A DNA stretch of 48,119 bases, the filler included, from Catajapyx aquilonaris (Eukaryota): NCBI GenBank assembly GCA_000934665.2. It is 2 parts of 2 records of this genome, joined end to end, with 100 filler letters (N's around TTAATTAATTAA, not from the genome) between each part and the next. Parts side by side here need not be neighbours in the genome. Positions count along the whole stretch, not along the records: positions 24,081 to 48,119 come from JYFJ02005588.1; 1 more part is not named here. One strand, given 5' to 3'. Under the pieces are notes generated by a model, which saw only the letters and a program-made list of their open reading frames with translations, searched no databases and was not told where the DNA came from. Made by a program: the position numbers and the translations under genes. Positions within the stretch are counted from its first letter, which is position 1, and each line of letters starts with the position of its first letter. Below, piece by piece: positions 37,250 to 48,119 of the stretch.

Positions 37250-38260
37250 CTAGCAGGATACCCGGCGTTGCTCTGGCAATGAAATACTTTTCCATTAGAG
37301 TAACTGATTGATTTGGTGTAGTTACTTTGCAACAATTATGGCTATATACAATGTTGGCACATCCAAACATGGAGCATATTGCATGTGCATCAAGTCCCAA
37401 CAACACACTAGTACACTACAGATGTCAGATTGCACCTTAAAAATCCAGAAAAAGTTTATAATGAATAATTTAAGGTTGTGCAGTAAATAATGTAGAATAA
37501 CATTGCGCCACCTCTCTTAGTTATTCCACAACCCCAAAATGGCCAATCTGTGTGTGCAGGCAGCTATGGGGTCACACTATAGCTATAGAGAACTGAAGGC
37601 CCACCACGTGATACAATAAACATCCTCTCCATGCACACAGATAAGGGGATGCTGAAGGGCGTCATAATATGATCAGTTCGTCTCGGAAATTCTCTGGAGA
37701 CTGTTGTCGCGAAGCTTCAACACAATATCCTTCTTATTGCCATGCTCCTGACCACTCATGATGACAGCAATCTCATTGCAAGAAGGTTGATTGAATCGAC
37801 CATCGCGATTCTCACCTTGTGGTCGCTTGTCTGCATCAATGACCAAGTCAAATTCCAGAGGAGGATAAGGCTCTCAAGTTTGAAGCTTTTGACGTAAGTG
37901 TGAGTGGAATGGATCATATCCTGAAGTTGCAGTATGATGTCGAGGCGTGTGCTGTTTAAATAGGTGCAACGGTATTCCGCCTGCTGTTGCATGTTCCCCA
38001 CGAAGTGTACGTATAGTTGCAGAAACCGTGGACTCTCATTTTCTGAAGGAAGGAGTGATCCCATGTGATGGTAAATTATTTTGACCTTGCACTTTGAATG
38101 TAGGCATGAAGCCCCCTTCTCTTATTACAACGTTGGCCCCAAAAGATGTCATCTGGAAAGCCGAATTGTATAATTTTTGACGGCCTTCAAGAAATGTCTT
38201 GAATTAGGTGATGTAACCTAATATAGGAGGATTTTTTTTTTAACCATTGGAGGGAACGAA
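37250..38260 (-). mobile_element. Internally deleted Helitron remnant
   Basis: Frameshifted YNSAFQMTSFGA..GFMPTFKVQGQ..HMGSLLP..SPRFLQLY..VIDADKRP..RFN.P..NEIAV..LQRISET (Helitron RepHel N-terminal region); minus-strand 3' end GCAACGCCGGGTATCCTGCTAG|T at 37250; 5' end not located. Confidence 0.9.
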
Positions 38261-41200
38261 GCCCTTTTAGGTGGGTGAATTACCACCATATTTTTTTCTT
38301 ACGAATTTTCTTTCGCGTTTTTCTCTTCGGTGCAAGGGATTTGTGAGGAGAGACTGAACGAAGATTGAACTCAGTTCATGGCGCCCTGTCCATTCTGAGC
38401 TTCCGGATTCATGTTGGGGTCCATGTTCATTGTTCAGCAGGTCTAGGGTTCTGCGGATTTCTGCGACCTCTTTGAGGCTAGTTCTTCCGTGCATGCGGCT
38501 GGCCACGGATGGCGTATATAATATGATTCCTTGAACGGTGAGCACCGTACTTTTAGGTATTGACTATATCATTTAAAAAAAGTGACATTGATATTACTGT
38601 ATCAGCAGGTCGGCCGAGTGTTCCATGCCTGGAGATAGCACTGTTGGAGATGGCCAAGTGCACTGGGGATTGGGGAATAATTATTACTGGAAGCCTGAAT
38701 AGGTGACTCCGTGTGTCTGATAAGAGTCTCATTCGTTGTCTAAAGTCGTGGATTTTGCAGCTCGAGGAGCCATTCTTGGATTACCCGAAAAACTGGCTTT
38801 ATTTGATTGCAAGTGTGGTGCGTTTCTGCACTTGCAGCACTTGAGAGGTGCGGCCAAAATGTGAGTGTATAAGACCTTTTGAGAGGGTGGGAATAAAAAT
38901 ATCTCTCAGAAAGGGTTCTTTTCATTGACATGCACCACTGAGGGTACTGCGTCGGGGGAAGTATATGCTATATTAGTGTTGCTATAGAAATAATTATTAT
39001 ATTAAGAAGAAATGATACACGTACTTGATGGTGTAAATAGGCGTATAAATATAATTCAAAACGGTCAAAAGTGGACTTTTGGTTCAAGACTAAATTATTT
39101 CAATATCTGCAGACGATATACAAGGCCTACAATATATTATTGCTGATGTGATTTCATTGCTGTTATGCGCAGAATATAGTTGGAAATGTAAGAACAGCAG
39201 GTTCACACTTGGTCGCCGTTCTATAACCATAAGAATAAGTCACTTGTTTCTTAAAAATGACCGGAGTCCACAGCTAGGTCGGTCGACCTCGAATGTGAGC
39301 AAGCAGACCGAGGCGCGGTGCATAATGTTGTAACACTCTTGCACGTATAGTGTTAATAATGTCAGGTTGTGTCATCGGTCCGAGTTTCGATCTGGTTTGC
39401 AGACGTCATGGAAAAATACTTAAAACCTGTGCAGTGTGCACTTATTATTTCATAGGTCGTGTGTGATTGTGTGACCAAAATTCTGAAAAGCCAAAAAGGT
39501 TGAGTGACTTACATAATTTTTTGTGAAATGTATTTAAGCTACGAGCAGGTATAGTGGACGATGCGATGGAAGTATGTGTACGTATCTCATCAGAATTATG
39601 ATGCCAGATATAGACAATGTAGGAAATTGTGTAATGATTCCTTCGTTGCTGCCCTGGATTTATAAAGCGATACAAGAATATTATGGTTATGGCGAAAATA
39701 TTAAATTTCCAATTGATTTGGACAATTCATCATACTTGAGGATGGTTCGTGGATTTTTTTGAGCAATGGGGATAAAAGTGGTAAAACATGGCTCGAAGAG
39801 GAATCGCTGTCCTGTTTTCTTCTAATCCTGCGAAAAGATTAGACGTCAACAATTATTTTGTTAAACAATGGCTGTCACCCTGGGTTTTCTTGAAAACATA
39901 TTTCCCGCCGTCTTCTTCAGTATATACCGTCTGGGTATTGCATCTCTGTCGCTGGAGACCCTATAAAATTCTTCTATTCTTTCAGTCAGAATTCAGTGCA
40001 TTGTGAACACAGCTGAACACATCTGAACAGTGCAAGGCAGTGCAGCGATGTGAAACTATACAAAGTATAGCCTAAGCATATATCAGGTCAGGTCTGGTTT
40101 GCCGGGGAGACCAGTTCCATCATTTGAAGATCGGAGGTCAATCGAATCGGATCAGTTTCTCTTCCTGATCGTGGCTGTTGGTTTATTGTTTGGCAGCATC
40201 TTTTTGAGAACCTCGGGCGCAACACTGGATGAAAATGACTGGCCTTCTTCTTCTTGAGAGAGATGGAGCATGGTTTAATGGTTGCGGATGCAATACAATC
40301 GGTGCCAGGGAGAAGGCCACATTATTTGTTAGTGTATAGAGAGGAGAACAACGAGGAAATGGAAAAGGTGGGGGGAAATATTTTCCAAATAAAAGTGACA
40401 ATTCGCCATTAGGATGCTATCGTACAAACAATATTATATGGGCCGATTATTATATCATTATAATCACAACGAACCAGATCAGGCGTGTCTTTGCTAAGCC
40501 CAGGATATCTTTTGAAAATCAATATATGCATGCCTTAATATACGGTATAATTATACTAGTATTATTATCAAATAAAATATCATGTTTTAAAATAGGCCAC
40601 TCTTTATCATATAGTTAGCTTAAATATTGATATTTTGGTTGACCTTTCTCTGACAGTCGTCCTTTCCTCCTTTCGTTTGTCTTCGACATGGAAGAAAGTA
40701 GCCCTACCTGAGCCTTCGTACCCTATACCTCAAAATAATGTCATTCCAAAGTTTTTGGGAATTGCACCGAGTTATTAATCGAGCGCCTTAGTTATACATG
40801 TCTTATTATTCTGATACCTAATCATATATTTTATCTGATTATCCGTAATGATTATAATTATAGTCTGCATGTCAAAAGTTAACCTCACTCCCGGTCTCCA
40901 TCAGCATGCTCCTGTGCCGTATACTTTTCGGTACTGTGACTACTAACATTTTTCCAGTGGCATATACGCCATACACCTAGACAGTATTGATGTCATGTCG
41001 ACCGAATGTTCATGCTTGCAAATGCCTGCCTTACCATTTTTTTGCAAGTGAGGGCAACGATGATTACCAGATGGCTGAATCGTACCTATAGATCCTCTTT
41101 TATGCCGAAGAGGGTCTCATCTATCACTCAGAACATGATATCGTGGATTTCGCAGTTATCTTTGCAGGAGTTGCATTGTTGTGATTTTGGATAGTCAGCA

Positions 41201-41750
41201 GTTCCACTTTCAGGTGACATGCAAAAATTCTATATACTTTTCTTCTGATCAAGATTATCATTATTTCCCATCTTTGTCATAATGTTCCGAACAACACTCT
41301 GAAATTGTGAGTGGGGCACTCATAGTGTACAGAACAAGGATAATGTACGTACACAAGTTCAAATTATGGAGGTGTAAGTAATGAATGAAGTTGGCGAACA
41401 ATATACTTAGTGTCAAGAAATAGACGTATCGTGAATGTCTCTCACCAGAGGAATCCTTCTCCTCTTCCTCTATACGGCGCGGCGAGGTATAGTCTCATTG
41501 TGGCGTCCAGCTATCGTCATAGCACTAAGAGAATACACTATAAGAATCAAGGAAAAATTAATTAGTAGGGCCTACAGGTGGTGCTTACTGACCGAAAAAT
41601 GCGGAAGCGTGCGGAAGCCTTCTCTGTCAATGTCCAAGACTTAGTGCCGGAACCCGGAAGTAATAAAAGAAATAAGGTTGAGCACTCTCAATGGTATTTT
41701 GTAGTCTAATATGCACAGTGATATAATTATGCGCAGCGACAATCACTTTA

Positions 41751-41813
41751 ACAGCAGCAGCAGCAGCAACAACAGCAACAACAACAACAACAACGATGAT
41801 GATGACGATGACA
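41751..41813. repeat. Compound trinucleotide microsatellite (CAG)n(CAA)n(GAT)n
   Basis: Direct reading. Confidence 0.9.
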
Positions 41814-42373
41814 GTATATTTTCCGCCGTGCTGTTAGCATATAGTACAAGGCCTTGGTTAGCATACATATCTGTTGTAGTTTCGGCCCGTAAGTTAGTGC
41901 CTATGATACATACAAGAAATATTTCAGACTATGAACCTCAGGCCTTGACCATTGGTCTGTACCACGATCCGCCATCTCCTGCATGTTTCCACACAGTCAT
42001 CGGCGTCTCTCTCTCTCGTCTGGCCACCATCAGGCACGATTATTGTTCATCTCCATCATTAGGACAACTCCATCAGCAGACGGGGGTTCCAGACTTCCAG
42101 TGCCAATAATAATTTCCCTTCCCTTATTCATGTCCACCTATAGAAGTGGGGCAATCACCCTTGCCCAGTGAGTGCGAGGCCCTGACCAGCAGGAACCGTA
42201 CTACTTGTACTACGGTATACCACTTGTACCTTGTGGTATATAGTTGGCGAATGCTGGTCAGAAGCCAGTTTGAATCTGCCCGGCGCGGCGTCCCAGTGCG
42301 TCACCTGAAACGTCACGGTCACGTGTCCATTTGCCGCTTTCTCCCTCCCCCTCCCCCCCCTCTCCCTCCCTCC

Positions 42374-42919
42374 CAGAGTTGCCAATCTCGTACGGTAATT
42401 GTGGAGGCATACGGTATGTACTCCTTTGTAAGGACATGAGCTGCATACGGTAAAATCGCTTTTGTCTACTCAAAATAAAATAAAAATAACTTATAATAAT
42501 ATACTAATATCTGACGTGGTTACAGTTGTATAGGAGGATTCCATTGTCTAAGCTTATTATTGTGCCAGCCAGCACCTTGAACCCAAGAAACTTCGCCAGA
42601 GGCGGTCGTCTTTTCCCCACATAGTGATCATCTCGTTCTTCGTCGTTTATTTGCAGCGGGTTGCACATGCATTTTGTTTGTGCGGCTCTGAAAATTCCTT
42701 ACTTACAAATATTCACGTAGTGTATCCTAATATTTTCCCTGAATGTTATTTCGTTCCAAAAATGGGGTATGTTTTCAAAATGTACGGCACAAAGAGCTTA
42801 TTAATGGTACGGCACACTTTTAGCCATTTTAGCCGAAATACGGTAATTTTGACCTCTATAGACAGTCTCGAGGTACGCAGGTACGGCGTAGCTTCTAAAG
42901 GGTCAGGTTGGCAACACTA
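42374..42919. mobile_element. Decayed hAT MITE
   Basis: TIR CAGAGTTGCCAA / TTGGCAACACTA; subterminal TACGG repeats; flanks CTCCCTCC / CTCCCTAG (6/8 TSD match). Confidence 0.7.
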
Positions 42920-43656
42920 CTCCCTAGACAAGAAAAACAACAGAACTTCAACGAGCGAAAGCAACGACGGACGAGCAAATAAAGCGGAGCAACCTTTGCA
43001 TGGCTTTGTTTGTAGTGGGAGGTCTCTCAGGGAATGATGGAATGCTGAGAAGGGGAAGAAAGAAGGGATAGCACAGGAGATTTCGGGCCTGCCTGTCCCC
43101 AGCTGCAGCGTCGCTGTTCGAGGCACACCCGATCCTCCGCTGATGCTGGTGCCCCAGGCCTGGCTCCTGCTGCGGCCCTAGCTGGTAATGACAGTTGTGG
43201 TGGTCGTGGTGGTGGTGGTGGTAAGCACTCCTGGAAGCCACACTCTTTATTCATTGTTGCTAGGGAGGGAGGGACTACTATAATTGTGTCCAACCGTGTA
43301 CAGCAGCTGGTGTTGCTTACATATTGGAAAAAAATGTTCCGAATGGGTGGCGTCGTGTGAGTCCGAAAACGGTCTCGTGCAGCATTACAAATATGGTTGG
43401 TAAGTAAGTACACTGGGTACTCCCAGTTACACGGGTGCGGATTATCCATGCAGCGCTAAAAATAACAGTCATCATTAAAAATGTCAATATGTCTCGCAAA
43501 CAAAGAAATATAAGACGTTTCTCATAAGACAAACTAAAAATTATTTAAGATAAGCTTACTTATTTTGATTCTAAACTAAACTAAATGAAACTAAACTTAT
43601 TTTGATTATACCTTGCGTAGCATCATGCACTAGGTATACAGTAGTTCATTTAAAAC

Positions 43657-43950
43657 GGTTGGTTGGTTGGTTGGTTGGTAGGAAGGGTTACCTAGCTTGT
43701 ATGGCTCTGTCTGAGTCGAGCCTTGGCAGCCGGGGGTAGGAGAGGAAGGTGTGGGATTGCAAGGTAGGGGTGGGTGAGAAGGGCGGGGGAGAGGAGGGCT
43801 GGCCCCGGCTGTACTGCAATGCCGGGTCCAACCCAGGGACGGGGGTGGGATATTCTCCCAAGCACCCCGTCCGACCAAGAAATGCGAGTCAGGTCCGAGG
43901 ACCGCTCGAGGAAGAGAGTACCGTCGCTGGCGAACCAGCCGGGACCTCAT
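43657..43950 (-). mobile_element. GC-rich retroposon 3' end (SINE or 5'-truncated LINE) with (CCAA)n tail
   Basis: Sharp GC-rich block in AT-rich DNA ending in tandem CCAA on the minus strand; several hairpins. Confidence 0.55.
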
Positions 43951-44582
43951 ACAACCCCATTAATTATTCTTAGTTCATTTAAAACCTATGGACAACTCAT
44001 TTTCACAGTGTCTAGGACCATTTCCAATAAATTATCCATGTTAGCAATAATTTTCCGGCGACATTCGGGCAGTCATTAGCCTGGATAATCGGGAGTACAG
44101 TGTATTTCACTTATCACATTTTTATGTGATCAATGCATTTGTGCACCCAACACTTTCTAATCATGCTGAGCCTCTGCTCTGCCTTTTCTTCTTTTATCCC
44201 ATCAAGTATTTTTAAAACTAATTTTGACGTAAATTTTTAACAGCAAAGTTGAAAGCACTCTTGCCAATGACCTACAACTACCACAAAATTGGCCACCTCT
44301 ATGTTCATAGTTCATAAAAATGAAGAATTAGGTTCGTTTGCTTTTGCATAATCTTCTTCCTAATGATATATGCTATCGGGTAGAGATGTCATGCAAATAC
44401 CGGTTATCAACACTGCTGGATTCAAATAGGTCAGCAACAAATCAGAAATCTGTGAGTGTCTGAAATATGAGCTCGTAGCTGACAGTTCAATATTAAGGAT
44501 GAGAAAGCAGTGTAGAGGCTCTTCTCCAACAAGGAGAGATAACCGTAGGCCAAGAGCATGGATCTTCAATATATATTCAGTC

Positions 44583-44624
<42 letters not shown>

Positions 44625-44961
44625 TTTTGTGGGCCATGTTTTCACCCTTACAGAGGTATATCGCAAGGACCTTTATTACATTTTGAGTTGTTCAGTGGTG
44701 CCTATCTAATGAAAGCCCGGGCCCACGGGCTGGGTGACAGGAGGGGATGTGCATAGTGCAGTGTAATGTCGGTGCTGTGGTCATTTTGTGAACTCCCCTG
44801 GGTGGTTTGTCTTAACGGAGATTCCACCCGGGACAAAGGGCTCCAGAGATGACCTCTAACAAACTCTGCATGAGATGAAGGGGGGAACCCCGGGCGGGAT
44901 ATGATCCCGGGACCTCAACATCCGTGGGCGCATACGTTATCGCAGCGCCACTTCGCCTCCC
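44583..44961 (-). mobile_element. tRNA-derived SINE with (ATT)n tail
   Basis: Minus-strand head GGGAGGCGAAGTGGCGCTGCGATAA..CCACGGA..GGGATCATATCCCG with degenerate Pol III A/B boxes; trinucleotide tail 44583-44623; TCAATATA near both flanks. Confidence 0.7.
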
Positions 44962-45281
44962 TCAATATACAGTATATGTATTTGATTGCTCATTATTAGG
45001 GAGTATCTCAGGATTCCAAAAGCGCAATGATGCTTGCCAGCTTCTCATCTGGCTGATCTAACAATGTTTGTGTTGGTGTAGTTGTGTGCTTGTGATACAT
45101 GAATACACCGCTACTCTCTGTCGTGTGGCCCTCGGTCCGTCGCATAGCCTGGTGAATTTAGTTAGATGCAAGAGTATTGGGTTTGAATCTGCAACATCTC
45201 TGTCCTATCCTGAATGTGTACACTGCAGGCTGCGAATGAATGTTGTTGTGGCTTTGGAAATATTCGGAGAGGGCCATGTAC

Positions 45282-45775
45282 TTATAAAAGTTTAGTGGGA
45301 AGTTTCGAGGGTCCTTTTAATAAGTTTTGGCTATTGAGTTGATAGGTGTTTATCAGTGATGAAGCCTGATGCACGTGATAAAATCTGCGGGAATCCCCCC
45401 AAAAAACCCTGAGCATAACCTCCCCCTTCTTCGGTGGTGGTGAGTTTTGAGTGTTTCCACGTCTTGTTCTGTAATTTGGTCTCTGGGTCGTAATGGTACA
45501 CCCAACATTCGTCCATGATGATTCGGTTGAAAAATCGCCATCTTCGGGGAGGAACATGGCCAACATTTCCTTAGCCTTACCGATGTTGAAAACATTTTTC
45601 AACCGCAAAAAAGTGTCGACTTCGGCAATAATGGTGTCCACAGGTTGTGCATCACTGGGAAAAATGTGTGGCTTCGCACGGTTAATATAGAGAGAAGGAC
45701 TAATACATGTGTCCAATTCGAACCGTTTCTCTCATTTATCTTCAACCCAAAGGCGAAAACTTTATGAACAGTATT
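45282..45775 (-). mobile_element. Decayed mariner transposase fragment
   Basis: Frameshifted DECWVYHYDPETKLQNKTWKH, SPPPKK and VMLRVFWG match mariner DETWVYHYDPE..SP.PKK..VM..VFWD motifs; ends approximate. Confidence 0.85.
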
Positions 45776-46754
45776 TAAAATTCAAGTTGCTTATTATGAA
45801 AAAGTTACTCTCAAATGGTGATGCTTGGGGGCTGTAAAAAATGGTTGCCCTTAACATTAGGTTGCATGGAAAGCATATTTGAGGGTCAGTTTCACATAAC
45901 ACCCCTGGCGTGTTACTTACTGAAATGAGGGAGAAGCATCAGTCCGCAGGGTTTATTCCTTTTATTAATCATTGCATTTTGATGATCACACTCCTTTGGG
46001 AGTCACTTGGATGGCATTCTGCATCTTACGAGGAAGGCATTGTACATGGAGTTGCTGAATGAAACTTGGTCTGTGGTGATGATCTCAGGGTTGATGATCA
46101 TTCTGGTTACTATAAGGTAGGCTCCTCGAGCAGATGTTCCTTCCGGAAGAATATGTTCTGAAAAAGTTCTGTGCACCGCATTTTCGTCTTCTTCAATATA
46201 TTCAAACTATCCGGCTCTTTTCTCCATGACATTTTCTTCCACTAATTCCAGTACGGTACGGTAAATGACCCTGGATGTGGTCAAGCGTTGCGGTGCTGTT
46301 GAGGTCATAACCATGGATTGTTTTTGTCAGTTTTCAAGAGATCCAAGGTGAAGTTTCTTGGAACCATTTTTGAGGGATCCACGTCTATGGTTAAAAGTTG
46401 ACTATATTGGATCATACCATGGGGTTGTAAGACTGGTTTGGTGGTTCCTCTTCTGGAAGAGGTGACAGTATTCCTGGAAATGCTTGGATCAATTCGCTAT
46501 GTAATTAACTCCAATTGGTTTTATCCAAAGTACTCGGGAGACAAGGGTAGATAGTATGGTGACTGGTACCCATCTCCGGTGTTGACTGCTGAGAGGGCTG
46601 GACCTTCCTCTGCACTTACGACGCTGCTGGCGCTAGTAGCCGCCAACCCGATAGGTGCGTCTTCACGGTAATATGGTGAAGGTAATGCTAGATCCTCTTC
46701 TTCCATTGCCAGTGGAAGAGGTGGAGGGCTTGACAGTGGACTAAGCAGTGGTGG

Positions 46755-47388
46755 TGAATGAAATCCATTGATATCCTTTCAAAAGGTTTCGACACAGGTG
46801 GATATTCTTGGAGGAGTGAATCTCCTCTTGCCTTAGCCTGTTTTCTCTTTTGGCTTTTACTAGTATCTGGTTCGACTCCTTCACTTGAAACAACATGGCC
46901 AAGGTACTTGACCTCTTTCCTCAAGAAGTGGCATTTGAAAGCTTAAGTTTGAGACCAGCTGCCTTGAGTTTGTCAAAAACTTGGACAATTCTCTCTATGT
47001 GCTCATGTAGAGTTTTTGAGAAAATAATTATGTCGTTTAAATAAACAAGACAAACCTCGTTTTTAATCCGGCGAAGGGTGTACATCGATTCCCCTTGGAA
47101 ACGGTCTGAGTATGATTTTAAGACGCTCATAAGTGCTTCCTCTTCCTGTGAACTTAGACCACCCTTATTCAGTTTACTCCAATCTACAACAGGACTATTT
47201 GTAACGTCAATCTTTGGGTGGGAAAGGTATGGAAATGCCTTTCCAAAAATGGTGTTTTTAGGAATGCCAATTTTGGTGTTAGAGGTGTTTAGCACCCTGA
47301 TATATGTGTCACCATTTGAAGACGTAGTTAGCAGGGTTGTGAACCAAACCGAACCTTTGCTTCGTGAACCCGATAACATTGGAGCCAC
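46755..47388 (-). mobile_element. Ty3/Gypsy LTR-retrotransposon pol remnant
   Basis: VCLVYLNDIIIFSKTLHEHIERIVQVFDKLKAAGLKL and VKYLGHVVSSEGVEPD (RT; YLDD changed to YLND), then LQEYPPVSKPFERISMDF (integrase core start); frameshifts and deletions. Confidence 0.92.
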
Positions 47389-47691
47389 TCCGGAGCAGTA
47401 GAGCTGGGTCCGGAGCGAGCATCGGAGTTTGGTTTGGGTTCGAGCCGGTTCAGGAGCAGAGTGGAGCCAAGGTCGGAGGGGGTCCGGAGTTTGGTTGGGA
47501 GCTTGCCAGCTTGCTCCAGAGTTTGGTTCAGGCTAACAGCTCCGGAGCGGGTTCGGAGCGGTTCAGAGCTTGGTTAGGTACAACATACATACAACGCAAC
47601 AGGGGGAAGGGCAGAAGAACCACTGGATTTACTCCAGCGAATGCGTCATGTTTTCATGGTGGGAGAATGACATTTCCAAGCACCCGCAATA

Positions 47692-48022
47692 CAGGGTGTA
47701 CCGCAAATGTCACATTTTCATGTCATACGCATTTTTGTATCTCACAATAATGTCATACCCATTTTTTGGATGTCACATTCTCATGTCATACGCATTTGTT
47801 GTGTCACATTTTCATGTCATACGCATTTTTGTATGTTACAATATATCACATTGTCAGTTCACTTTCTTAAGAGCCTTTCACAATCGTCCTGGGGGTGGTG
47901 ATGGGTTTTTCCTCCCCTCCCGCCCAAACCCCTCCTGACTACCCACCCATCACCACCCCCAGGACGATTGTGAAAGGCTCTTAAGGAAGGGAACTGACAA
48001 TATGACATATCGTAACATACAA
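47692..48022. mobile_element. TA|CAGGGTG-ended foldback MITE with subterminal tandem repeats; right arm interrupted
   Basis: Repeats TGTCACATTTTCATGTCATACGCATTT at 47708-47830; hairpin arms 47829-47906 / 47945-48022. Confidence 0.75.
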
Positions 48023-48119
48023 GTGTAGTTCCTAGGGATTGGAGGGATGCTATTATAGTACCTCTGTATAAGGGTAAGGGAGATGTGTGTGACTGCAAGA
48101 ATTATCGTGGCATTAGTTT
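48023..48119 (+). mobile_element. 5'-truncated non-LTR retrotransposon (RTE-like) RT fragment running off the window
   Basis: Hand-translated VVPRDWRDAIIVPLYKGKGDVCDCKNYRGIS, the typical LINE pre-RT motif (P.DW....I.P.YK.KGD...C.NYRGISL). Confidence 0.92.

Noticed and set aside
39780..40330. Possible Tc1/mariner N-terminal remnants (QPRSGR; RDAIP.R..L)
   Set aside because: Too degraded to call with confidence
44880..44961. Functional tRNA gene
   Set aside because: A and B boxes are degenerate, there is no full cloverleaf, and it continues into a SINE body with a simple-repeat tail
47708..47830. CRISPR-like short repeats
   Set aside because: Eukaryotic context; these are adjacent subterminal repeats of a MITE without unique spacers

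Overview
Eukaryotic genomic DNA, most likely from an arthropod (inferred from gene structure and TE content). It consists of two contigs joined by an artificial 100-bp spacer (N44-TTAATTAATTAA-N44, 23981-24080). The left contig carries a head-to-head gene pair. APPBP2/PAT1 is complete on the minus strand (6 coding exons, CDS 12834->1612, 585 aa when spliced). The 5' part of SPT6/SUPT6H is on the plus strand (12 coding exons, 16061-21989, 724 codons); its remaining exons are not in the window. The introns of both genes hold many inverted-repeat DNA elements: hAT, ISL2EU-like, piggyBac-like, Tc1/mariner MITEs, a mariner made of two inverted 3' halves, and a nested long-TIR element. The most interesting signal is a pair of paralogous ~125-nt box C/D-like RNAs in two SPT6 introns. 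They share a co-varying internal hairpin and a conserved guide complementary to the 5' end of U4 snRNA, resembling the vertebrate U91/mgU4-8 domain of SCARNA17. The right contig has no recognisable host gene. It contains Helitron, mariner, Ty3/Gypsy, RTE-LINE, tRNA-SINE and hAT-MITE remnants plus microsatellites.
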